A DNA stretch of 47,976 bases from Octopus sinensis (Eukaryota), in assembly GCF_006345805.1 (NCBI RefSeq), contig NW_021834419.1, positions 1 to 47,976 of the forward strand. Direction: 5' to 3'. Positions 1-11,571 of the stretch are shown here, in pieces. The position numbers were made by a program, and so were the translations under genes. The notes below the pieces were generated by a model. That model made no database searches. It saw only the letters and a program-made list of their open reading frames with translations, and was not told where the DNA came from. Positions within the stretch are counted from its first letter, which is position 1. Every line of letters starts with the position of its first letter.

Positions 1-991
<991 letters not shown>

Positions 992-1118
992 TTAATTTGG
1001 TTAGAACTTTAGCATAAATAATTTTTTAATCGTTAAATTTCAGAAAATAAAACTCTTAATTATACCTAAATGATAAATTTATATTAAAATTTTAAATAAT
1101 TTATTTCATTAATTGACA

Positions 1119-2147
1119 ATGGTTGTTATTTTCATTAATCTATTCCTAGTTTAAAACCTATGATTTGGACACCAGTCACGAAGATATAATAGTTAGATTA
1201 TTTTAAACAAATAATTAGCATGATGTTCAAGTTAATATTACAAGTACTCGTATGGCAACTTGTTCTTCTGACTATTCGGTTAAAATTTATTCATTAAAGG
1301 AAGGAAAAGACCCTACTCTATACTCAGATCTGAGAAAGTAATGAACATGTGTAATCAATTAGACATCGTGGCCCAGTTTATAAACTATCCTGGTCCCACC
1401 CGAAATTTGGGTCTCTTCTTGCAAGTTGCAGTTTTGATCATAAAGTGATCATTTGGGCTGAAGAAAATGGTGAATGGACTTGTTTGAAAAGTTTTGAGCT
1501 CGATTTCCCGGGTGTTTTATTTTTTATATTTTGTAAGTAAATTCCGTGATTTGGGGACCTTATATTCACGGATGTTGTCTTGCGGCTGTCTGTTCTGACG
1601 GAACAGTGTCTGTTTTTGATTTGAAGGACAACAATGACTGGAAGGCCGTCCATTTCAACAGCGAACAGGGAGGCTGTATGGCTGTAAGTTGGTCCAGTCC
1701 ATATTCCTATGAAAAAACGAATAAAGTCGTTATTTTACGTAAACTTGCAACTGCTGGATATGACGGAACTGTAAAGATTTGGAGGTTGAATTATTTTATT
1801 TTATTTTTAGTCACGGAGAAGATGGGAGATGGAATTTTGAGGTTTCTTTAATGTGCGAAAGTGGGGTTATTGTGCGTGATGTGGCATGGTCTTCTATTAT
1901 TGGAATGTCGTTTAATATGATTGCTGCATGTTCGGTTGGTTTGGATTGCATTTTTTAGGGACGTGTTGTTTATATATTTAAGTATACTAATAAGTGGGAT
2001 TCTTATATTTTGATGGAAGCAGAGGATGTTGTTTGGAGTGTTTCCTGGTCTTTCTTTTCGGCGGATTTGGCTATTTCAATTGGTGATAATAAAGTTGAGG
2101 TTTGGAGAGAAGTTAATGGGAATTGGATACGTTCTGATTCTGTTTGA
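1119..2147 (+). CDS. SEC13: SEC13 WD40 protein (COPII / nuclear pore), multi-exon
   Basis: Spliced protein [39 protein letters not shown]...[31 protein letters not shown]...[13 protein letters not shown]...VRDVAWS matches the Sec13 signature; six short GT-AG introns; TGA at 2145-2147. Confidence 0.93.
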
Positions 2148-3098
2148 TTTCATTGAAAAATATTGTTTTGCTGTTCTTACACATATTCTCGATTTTATGA
2201 TACAAATATGTTTTGCTAGAAAGAAACGTAGAGTCATTCTTTAAAGAATTTCCCTGAGAAACAACAGCCAAGGATTTTAAAGGTGCGTAGTCAGTCTGAA
2301 CTAAGTAAATTATTATAAATGCAATTTTCATATTTTATCAAATAGAGTATTTATTGGTTGAAAAGTCTTTTCACATGAGTTTATTATATCACATGGGTTA
2401 CACTCACTGCCCATTTTCGACCTCGGATTAAAACTCTGATTATTGAATTTCTATTTTTATGGTGAAAAAATTAAATCTATTGCTTAATAGGTAGAGTTTG
2501 AGTTTTTTAATATCTATTCATGGAGGGTATATGAATGAATAAGAAATAAATTTAAAAGGCCGAATGTTCATAAAAAAGAATAAACGGTCTTCTTCATTTT
2601 TCGTACAAGCTCATGGTAGAACCAAAAAACCTACGAATAAGGTTATAGAACTCATATATAAAACCGGGATTCATTTACAATTCGGGTACAGGGAGAGTCA
2701 CAGGGTTGGAACTCAAGAAAATGGATATATTTCATCAAAAGCTATTACGCAATTTACTCGGCCTAGATTGCCTAAAAAGAAGTTTTCAAACAAGAAGTTG
2801 TACTCTATGACGCAATCGGCTTGGTTTCAGTTGAAATTAATGTCAATCATTGTCAAAAAATAAAATGTTTGATTGTTTCAAAGAAAACATTAACTGTCAG
2901 TGTCATGACACCTGCCATGGTTTCACTCTCAGCTCAGTTTCACTTTTGCCTCGCGACATAATACATCGAGCATCGAATATATCGAAATATTGGTTTTGTT
3001 CATCTTTTTGTGGAAAACCTTAGAAAAAATGCAAGCCGAAACAATGCACGGGTTATCGATGCCTGCTAAAGAGGTAGCCCCTAAATCTACAGCTTTTG

Positions 3099-3233
3099 GT
3101 ATCAAATATCCAAACTGTGATCTCAAAGGTCATTTTTGTGGTTTCTAATATCGGAACTGAGATATCAAACGTCATTACTGTAGTTTCTAATATCCGAACT
3201 GAGATGTTAAACGTCATTACTGTGGTTTCTAAT
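3099..3233. repeat. 42-bp tandem repeat, about 3.2 copies
   Basis: Units start at 3099, 3141, 3183 and 3225; consensus gtttctaatatccgaactgagat.tcaaacgtcattactgtg. Confidence 0.9.
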
Positions 3234-3746
3234 TTGTAGACTGCGCGTTGACATGAATCTACCCATCCGTGCACTGAACGTGGGCTCTAAGAGGGTGAGG
3301 TTGATGGGATAAAACACTACAAATAATGAAAACGGAATAACTATTAATTATAATTCAACTATATCCATCTTGTAGAGCTTTTTAATATTTTAAGTATCAT
3401 TACATCACAAAGTATCTGAAATTTACAGTATTTGAAATGTACAGTGTTTAAGGCAAAGGTAAAGTTTTCAGGAAACTGAGTTTAGGGCTCGCATTTTTGA
3501 CTAGGTCGTAAAGATATGTCAAAAAAGATAGTCTAGTGATTCTTGTAAGTCGTTAAGAATTATTTTTTAGTTTATTGAACAAGAATAATATTTTAAATCA
3601 GTAACAATTAGCAATTCATTAAATAATAAACTAATGATTAAATGTATACTAACCAATAAAATCACAACAAATAACACTTATATTTTCTAACACAATTGTA
3701 ACAAAACACGAATTTTAGTTATGACTTAATTATGTAAGTTATTTAA

Positions 3747-4790
3747 TTAAGAATCCAGATCGTCAGTGATTTCTCTTCTTCGCTTGGAAGAAGAGTTTGC
3801 CACAAAATTCCCTTCATTTTCTATTTCTGGGTCAAAGTAATTGTTCAGCTGAGTGTCCTCACGGCATGCCAACTCCGAAAGTTGATTGGCAGCAGAGGCG
3901 TATTCTTCATTGTCTACTTTCACTCCGTATCTGTGTTCAATGAGTATACTCTCCAGCGTCCTCTTCAGCACAACCGACTGGATGTATGTATTAGTTCCTT
4001 CTTCAATGGATAATTTATCCATGTGACTTTTAAATAACTTTGGGACAACAACTCCATCCCATGTCAAGATAACTGGAATAATCTTTACTTGTGCTTCATA
4101 TAAGATTGACAGTTCGTTTACAAGCAGATCGTATTTGTGAAATTTCTCCTCTTCAATTTGCTTTAGACGATCTTGTGAGGTAATCCTCACGTCGATTAAA
4201 TTTATTTCTTTTTTCCTTTTGTAATACACAAAAATATCAGGTTTATTGAATTGGACTTTTGTTTCAGTCATAATTGACGTGTCAACTCTGATTTTGACAG
4301 TTTAGGTAAACATTATTGACACAACCGAATGTCCTTTCAAGTTCCTGCTTCGTTTAATTCCATACATTCGATATAAGTGAAGATGGATACACTTAACCAC
4401 TTCATTACTTCTTCTGAGATAATTACTGTTTAGGATCTTACCACATCGCGTGGCTAGATGGTCAACTCGTGCATTTTAGAAAGAATTCCTTCACTTAAGC
4501 GTACGATGTTACTCAATCAACGTCTTAGTTACTTGCGAGACAAGTACAATCTCTCCTTATTTCTTGCCAACACTTCGACGTGATCGGAGTACTGTTCGGA
4601 TAATAAGGTCCAATTCATCACACTCATTGGCTCAGATCAACGTAGTAGTTATCAGTGAGATCGCATACCTTTTTAAGGCATTGAATAGGTTCCGTGCATC
4701 GAGGCTAGTTTTTTTTATAGAATTGCAGCCATACTTGCAAACACTCTACTGGACACTTTATCTTTTTGAGCATAAGGCTGGACTTTTTTT
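3747..4790 (-). mobile_element. Degraded non-LTR retrotransposon 3' part, RLE clade (R2/R4/NeSL-like): RT thumb, zinc knuckle remnant and restriction-like endonuclease
   Basis: Minus strand gives LDARNLFNAL..YAISL, KERLYLSRK, HLATRCGK..YLRRSNEVVKCIH and FNKPDI...LIDV..T....EEEKFHKYD.L (PD-(D/E)xK type endonuclease); several frameshifts. Confidence 0.8.
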
Positions 4791-5076
4791 ATTTTTTATT
4801 TAACCTAAGAATCACCAACAGTTAATTAGGGTAATTAATTAGGTGATTCCAACAATCCTCAAAATCTTTCTCAGCTTTTCCCGATGTTGGACTCTGGACC
4901 CAAAGCAAGTGCGGGACGGGCGGGGAGCAGTTTTTGTGAGGAATTGAATCAAGGACTGTCAACCTTACTCCAAGACTCAGACTAGATCACAACATACCAT
5001 GTTGTAGTCGTGTCCATCACAGCTGCAAAAAATTTGATAAAGGAAACTTGAGCCTACGGTCGTACTCAACGAGGTA

Positions 5077-5980
5077 CAGTGGGGAAAAAAGTCATGGAAC
5101 GCTTGCATATTTTAACTAAATTTAATAAATCCCCTCGAAAATAATATTAACTACTGTAGTTTAAAAAAGAAATTAGGAATATAAGACATTTTAGATTACT
5201 TAAAAAACTTTACTAGCCAATCTTTTTTTTGTAAGGATAAATAAGCTTCTAACATTCAAATGGAGTAATGTTTTCCCATTCTTCATTGCAAATTGTTTTC
5301 AATTCTTGAATATTTTTCGGTTTCCTTAAACCAACTTTCATTTTTAAAATTTTCCATAAATGTTCGATTGGCTCGAGGTCTGGTGATTGATAGGGCCATT
5401 GAAAAGCAATTATTTTGTTCCTCATGGACCATCTTTTCCTTAAATGGGTTTCACAGTTCCTTGCAGAAACGTAGGAAACCCTGTCCATTCTTTTGCGTCG
5501 CCTCCTCGAAAGCAAGGCTGTCAACTGAGGTGTCAGTGTGGAGCATAATCTTCCTTCTGAGTAAGTTCAAACGTTCCGCTTTCGAACAAGGCGTGTAGTT
5601 CAGTCCGAAAAGTTTTATTTTTGATTCATCCAACCATAAAATATTGTTTATAAATTCATTTTCTTTATCTAAAAGATATTTGGGATTTTAATTCGTGCAC
5701 AAATGTGTATTTTCTTTAATAACGGAACAAGACGGGGCCTTGAGCAAGAACGTTTGTTATTTTTTTCGGAGCACCTGATCTTGGTCGATTAATGACAGTT
5801 CGGTCATGTTTCGATCAAATAATAATATTCCAAACAGTACTTTTTGGTAATTAAATCATTTAAAAGAAAAAAGAAGCTACCCAAAGATAATCATTCATAT
5901 CTTATTGCAGAAAAAAATCCATATTTCTTTGATAGTACCATCACTTTTTTCCACATAAAATTTGACATTTTTTCAATTAA
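5077..5980 (-). mobile_element. Tc1-like transposon remnant
   Basis: TA followed by CAGTGGGGAAAAAAGT (typical Tc1 terminus) at 5075-5092; minus-strand WLDESKIKLFG and WPYQSPDLEPIEHLW motifs; internally deleted; second terminus not found, so the right boundary is approximate. Confidence 0.8.
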
Positions 5981-6089
5981 AGTGCAGTTTCAATGATATT
6001 TATTTGAAATTCGTGAAAATAATTAATAGAAAATAGGTTAAAAAGAATACACGATTTCCTTATAAAAGTTATAAAAGCTATCAAAAATA

Positions 6090-6290
6090 GTACCGAGGCC
6101 TTCTTCACATCCACCCATGTCGACACTAGTAAGTTTCGTTGGACTCTTGCAAAGCATATGTTGTCCAATGCTGCTCCTTTCCGCTCTGGCAATTGTTCTG
6201 AATACATAATTGATTTTTAGAAAGAATCCCATTCACCTCTACAAAATTTCTGACTTCAGTAACCCCACCAATGCTGCATCTTAGCTCCCT
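6090..6290 (-). mobile_element. Reverse transcriptase fragment of RLE-clade non-LTR element
   Basis: AALDNI...LLVSTWVDVKKA motif (RT catalytic D region), frameshifted. Confidence 0.55.
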
Positions 6291-6894
6291 GGATAACTCC
6301 ACTCACTTTAGTCATCAAGTTTTTCAGGTTGAGGGGCGACAATATACCAAAAATTTATTTTAGGATAAAATCGGACAAAACGCGATTAGTATTATTCGAC
6401 CAAGTCAAAATTAGTCGTCTGAAGTATGAGAAAGTTGACAGAACGGTATCTGACAAACCAGAGTGCATAGCCCACCCACAAAATGGCATGCACTCTACAC
6501 TATATTCTACACGGTTACACTCGAGGAGGGAGAAAACACGACCGTCCAACTTAAATATCACAAAACGCGGGAAAGATGAAGTTGGAGGGAAATTATATAT
6601 GGTTTTCCGTGCAAAAGCAAATATGCACCTTTTGTGCGAGTTGTGGGGAATCTGTACCTAGCATACCAAAATGGTTTTAGTTTGATTTCCGTGAAAAATG
6701 TGTCCAGGTGGCACAAGCTGATAACCTCTGTATATAAAACCTGAAGAATTTAGGTTAATGGGGCTAAATTCAAAATTTTAAATAAAATTTTCCAAGAGGC
6801 TGGGATTTTACCCACAACCACGTACTTCCCAAAAAACATGGTTAATGGAACTTATATATCATTAAGAATTAAAATTTATTAAAATAACACATTA

Positions 6895-7300
6895 AATAAG
6901 GTTTAATATTTTCATCCTTGAAGTGTTCTGCCTTTTGCTAAAAGTTTATTTAGCATCGAGAAACTTCTTTCGAAAGATAATGTGGTTCCCGGACATTTCC
7001 ATAAATACACGAATAATTCAGGAGGGAAATCTCTCAAATTAGCTTCTTGAATGCTATTCCAGGGCATTGAATTTGTTCTTTTTTAAAATATTTTGCAATC
7101 TCACATGGATCTTCCTCAAAGTCGATAGAATTAATACATTGAATAGCATCTTTAACAGTACAAATACAGTCAATTAAATAAATATTGGTTGGGTTGTCAA
7201 TCTTCCCAGCAATAATGTTCACATATTTTTTTAAAGAATGTTGAGTTTCGTCTAAAAATATTTGACTCCCTTTGAAATATTGATAATTACTAATTATCAA
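6895..7300 (-). mobile_element. hAT-related (CGGBP1-like) transposase remnant
   Basis: IFLDETQH..KKYVNIIAGKID.P..IYLIDC and C-terminal PGTTLSFERSFSMLNKLLAK (hAT dimerisation-like ERSFS). Confidence 0.55.
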
Positions 7301-8239
7301 TATTTATTTCAATTCTCAATCAAACAAGAATTCATGTGACCCTGCATCGTTCAGGCCGATCTCTTTCCTCTTGGTAATCTGAAAAATCGTTGAAAGAGTT
7401 ATTCTTAGTTTAATCAAACAAAAAGATAGAAGAAAAGCGTTAAGTCCCAGCGTCAAGGACGCAGTGTGCGTTCCTTTGTTTTTAAAAAAAAGTTTAATCA
7501 AACACAAATTCAATCTATCCAAATCTCAACATGACTTTCGCCCACAACAGTCAACAATAATTCGCCTCATAAATCTGACAAATTACAATAAAATCTCTCG
7601 AATCCGCCGATTTTTTGGCCTGTACACAAATCAGAGACGTTTTAAAATTTAAATGTTAATTTTTACATTATTAAATAAAAAAATTTAATGTTAAATAATC
7701 AATTTTAACTGAAAGTTACAATCCTTAAAATCTATACAATCTTTAAAATTTCATTTTTTCAAAGGAATCATAAATTTTATCTTTTTTATTCGATTTTCTA
7801 AGCAGTTCGCCAATTTTCATAATATTTTCGTGATCGTCAATATTTGAATTTTTGATTAGAGAAATGTAAGTTTTAATGGTTCCGAGTGCTCTGAAAGCTT
7901 TCAATAGCTCAACTTTTTTTAATATAATCCTTTTCGTTACTTGTTTCATAATTTTAGTCATTAAATAAAGTCAAGTACTGATTGAAATTTTTCATCTTCT
8001 CTGGATTTCCCTTCCAACAAGAATAACGAGCTGTTAAACGAGCCGTCACTAATTTTTAATGAAAAAATCAATCAATTTCTGAGATATCAAATTGTATTAT
8101 CTAATTTTATGAAGGAGAAACAAAATGTTATAAGAACTGCATCATTATCCAGACTAATAGACTCCTCGCCAAAGCAACTATTTTTTGTAAAACAAGTTGA
8201 ATTTTATTGCATGTGTTCGCTGTGGAAGAAGATGAAAAA

Positions 8240-8431
8240 ATGTAAGTTTACTGTTCACTTTACGACTATGCTCTTCACAAAGTTGACGATCCAATGTGGA
8301 ATTCCAAAGCAATCCAATACGTGGAACAAAAACTCGTGATCAACTGAGTCAAATTACTCCTTATTTAAAAATTGGTTAATGGGGAACTTCTCTTTGGCGC
8401 CTTTAAATTGCTTCCTCGTTCTAAGCTGATT
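8240..8431 (-). mobile_element. RLE-clade RT fragment (downstream half of the RT split by the hAT at 8440-10743)
   Basis: DNQLRTRKQFKGAKE...FDSVDHEFLFHVLDCFGIPHWIVNFVK. Confidence 0.7.
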
Positions 8432-9040
8432 ATCTAAATCAGTGATTCTCAACCTTCTTTACTCAGGGGCCGCAAATTAAAAAAAATTATAGGGACCGCA
8501 AAATGTCGATTCGCAGACATATGTTGATCCAAACATCGCTACATTTTTATTTGCATTATTGACTAGATTCGGAAATCGGTTCTCTCTAATTCTCGAATAA
8601 AAGTCAATTATTGAAATGTTGCTGGACAAACTTTTCAGTTCAACATCATTTTGCAAATCAATCAATTCCAGTTGGTAAATGCCGGAAACCTTTTCACTTT
8701 TCATAATTAATGGAGATGCAAATAATCTCATTAAATTTGTACCTTCTCTAAAGCTCTGTCAGCTTAAATTAAATACTAAAAACCTGAAATCTTGCATCAA
8801 ATTGCGAATTTATATTTTCAATTATTTTAAATATTTACCAGTTGAGCCACTTTCGGAATTTTTCGACAAATAAGGAAAATGTGTGTAATCATTATTTGCG
8901 CTTTCCATAAACTTAATTTCTTAGCAAAAGTCATTGATATATCCATAAATTTGGTAATTTAGCTTATTTCCCCATGTAGTTCGACATTTAAGGCAGAGAG
9001 ATGCACCGATAGATCCAAATAAAATGTTAAATCTGCTACC

Positions 9041-9321
9041 AAGGACCGAAACCGAGGCAAGCCGAGTCCTCCGAGATTTTCGGCCCCAAGACACTCCGCT
9101 TCCTTCGCTCGCTCGGCCGACGGATTTCAAGGACTAGCCACGATCCAAGAGAGTATTCTTGGCTCCTGGAACGTCTGTCGTTTGCTGTGATCCGAGGGAA
9201 CGGCTTCGCCATTCGAGAGGCTGCCCGGGTGTCTCGTGAGGCCAGTAATTAGTTTAGCTATCTTTTCACTTCCATTCACTTTAATTCTTAGTTCAGAAAA
9301 AACAATATATATATCAAAAAA
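9041..9321 (+). mobile_element. 5'-truncated CRE-like non-LTR retrotransposon 3' end inserted in the hAT
   Basis: 12-bp direct repeat AAATCTGCTACC at 9029-9040 and 9322-9333; A-rich tail; encodes FGPKTLRFLRSLGRRISRTSHDPREYSWLLERLSFAVIRGN; removal restores the transposase motif WVADLTFYLDLSVHLSALNVELHGK. Confidence 0.88.
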
Positions 9322-10445
9322 AAATCTGCTACCCATCCATTCTCTTTCAATAATGCATTTTCCACTTTATTTTCAGTGAATAAAATATTTTCAGAAAGAA
9401 GTTGATAAAATCTACATATAAAAATAAAAGAAATTAACCTTTTTGGACAAGAGCTACGACTTAACACTCTTACTACTGAAAAAAGGACATCGCCATAATC
9501 CGAATCGATTTTAGTTGAAAATGGTTTAAATTTTCGGTGATTCAAGGCGTTCGCCCGAATCCAATTGACAATTTTTATCACTACATTAGAAACATTTTCC
9601 ATTTTAATATTTTTGGAAATTAGGTTTTCCTGATGAATAATGCAATGATGCCATAATACTGAAGTCCAGTTATTATCACACCTCCATGTATTCATAAGTC
9701 CACGAAAACCAGTTTTTTAGTTTCTCAGTGAAGTGAATACAATAAAAAATTCTTCGTATATTCGAAAGTTACTCCCCTTATAAACACTACTAATTGTTCA
9801 AAATATCTTTGGAACAATCAAGCGCAAAAAAATAATATTGAAAATCTTTACTAATTCTAAAAATGACGAAACAATTTTCATACTGTGAAAGTTCGTTAAT
9901 CGGATTATCAGATATATCACTGACTCTTCTAGTAATAGTATCATTACTTAGAGGTTTGTGTGGAATATCGAAAACAGCGGGCGAACAACATTCCGATGCA
10001 AATATTTCGATTGCCGTTTTATATAATTCTCTATCAGAATAAGACTTCATATTTTTAGCCAATAGGTAACTAATTTTGTATGATGTCAGGTTAATATTAG
10101 ACGAATATGTGCAACTTTAAATAATCTTCTTTCATTTGTTTTAGTTTTTTCGTCCGAGAAACACCAGTGAATTTGTCATAAAGAATAGAGTCGTTCGATT
10201 GTATACGTTTTTAAAGTTACAATAATAGAATTGCATATTAGGCAAAGAGCCTTTCCATTGACCTTAATAATGAAATATTTTTCCTTCCAGATGTGTTCAA
10301 AAATCCTATTTTCCTCGGAAATTTATCGATAACGTTTAGAATTCGACATGAAAACAAATAAAAAAACGTGACAATTTTTTATTCATAAAATTTAAAAATA
10401 TTAAATCAAAAAATAAAATATTTATAGAAACATAAACCCCTCAAT

Positions 10446-10697
10446 AATGAACTCTACAGAATCACCCATACATCCGAGATTGCAAAGAAAGTGATGTTCA
10501 CGAAGTGGCTGCTCTTTGGACATGTCTTAAGAGCCTCGGAAATGACGCCGGCCCATCAGAGCATGGAATCCTACTTCTGCTCATTAAATAAAACGGCGTG
10601 GGGAGCGTGGGTACGACTAACAGAGCGTATCCTGAGTCGGATGGCAAAAGTGGAATCTTAATTAACTTTTTGATTCCGCGAGATTGCTTTAATAATA
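10446..10697 (+). mobile_element. 5'-truncated RTE-like retrotransposon 3' end inserted in the hAT
   Basis: 14-bp direct repeat ATAAACCCCTCAAT at 10432-10445 and 10698-10711; (TAA)n tail; encodes KWLLFGHVLRASEMTPAHQSMESYF, similar to RWRLLGHILRLDQDVYANWAMESYY of the RTE at 33 kb. Confidence 0.85.
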
Positions 10698-10751
10698 ATA
10701 AACCCCTCAATTAAATCCTAGGGGCCGCACTTAAAAATCACTGATCTAAAT

Positions 10752-10990
10752 TAAGCCAAATCCCTCGACGAAATCGGCAAGTTTATCATTTACACATTTG
10801 ATGACAAGTTTGTACAAAGTTGACATACACGTTATAGGGCGTAAGTCCATCGGAGTCTCACAATCACGTTTTTTAGGGATCAAATAAGTTACCCCAGTGT
10901 AAAACCAGTTATCAGGCATGTACTCTCCGTTAATTATTCTGACTATTTCTTTACACAGAAAAAGTTATACGTTCCGTTACATCTAGTCAG
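10752..10990 (-). mobile_element. RLE-clade RT fragment (upstream half of the RT split by the hAT)
   Basis: WFYTGVTYLIPKK....PMDLRPITCMSTLYKLVIKCVN, a typical N-terminal non-LTR RT motif, running up to the TSD. Confidence 0.8.
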
Positions 10991-11571
10991 GTGCATATTT
11001 GAGCATATCCATAATAAAATTACTTGCAAGTTGAGGTCGCATGGTTTCACTTTCAGTAGACCTCACATCCACAAAATCATAAAATACGGCTTCCATATTT
11101 TTCTTGCTCCAGACATCTTCTCAAAATCACAAGCATTCCCCATCACTAAACCCATATAGGGTGGCCTCATTGGTCGAAGATAAATTTCGGTAAAATCTTC
11201 TGAATCCTTCTTCGAGGTATGAATGGATATCTCTTTCTGTTTCATTCCAATTTGATTTTTCAATATTTAAATTCAATAATATTTTTCACCATTTTCTATC
11301 CCTATATATGCTATTAAATTACCCTAATTTTAAACACTTTTTTTCACAAACTTATGTCCAAAAGTACGACATCCAATTCAATATCTCTAATTAAACAAAT
11401 GTCTTAGCTTAGACAAATTTTTTAAATTTTATTTATTCTAATATATTTAAAAATGATATTTTTCACTAAGTGACAACTACCGTTCTTGATAAAAAATTGT
11501 TTAAAACAAACAAAACCATAAAGCCACAATTAAAAATATTCAAAATCAAATTCATTACAAAACACTTAAAA

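Larger units (their letters stand above)
8440..10743 (-). mobile_element. hAT (Buster/SPIN, GTF2IRD2-like) DNA transposon, defective
   Basis: TIRs CAGTGATTCTCAA / TTAAAAATCACTG; exact 8-bp TSD ATCTAAAT at 8432-8439 and 10744-10751; transposase pieces PLSNDTITRRV, HCIIHQENL, VNWIRANALNHRKF, QLELIDLQND, MFGSTYVCESTF. Confidence 0.95.

Noticed and set aside
3099-3233. Regularly spaced repeats suggestive of a CRISPR array
   Set aside because: Units are contiguous with no unique spacers, no cas genes, eukaryotic locus
6329-6760. 110-aa ORF with a Cys-containing end, possibly a piggyBac C-terminus
   Set aside because: Cys spacing is incomplete and no TTAA-bounded TIR was identified
6790-6850. Minus-strand tRNA-like scrap (TGG anticodon-like loop, GTGGGTAAATCCCAGC)
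   Set aside because: T-loop lacks TTC and no D-arm or acceptor pairing can be built; at most a decayed tRNA or SINE head
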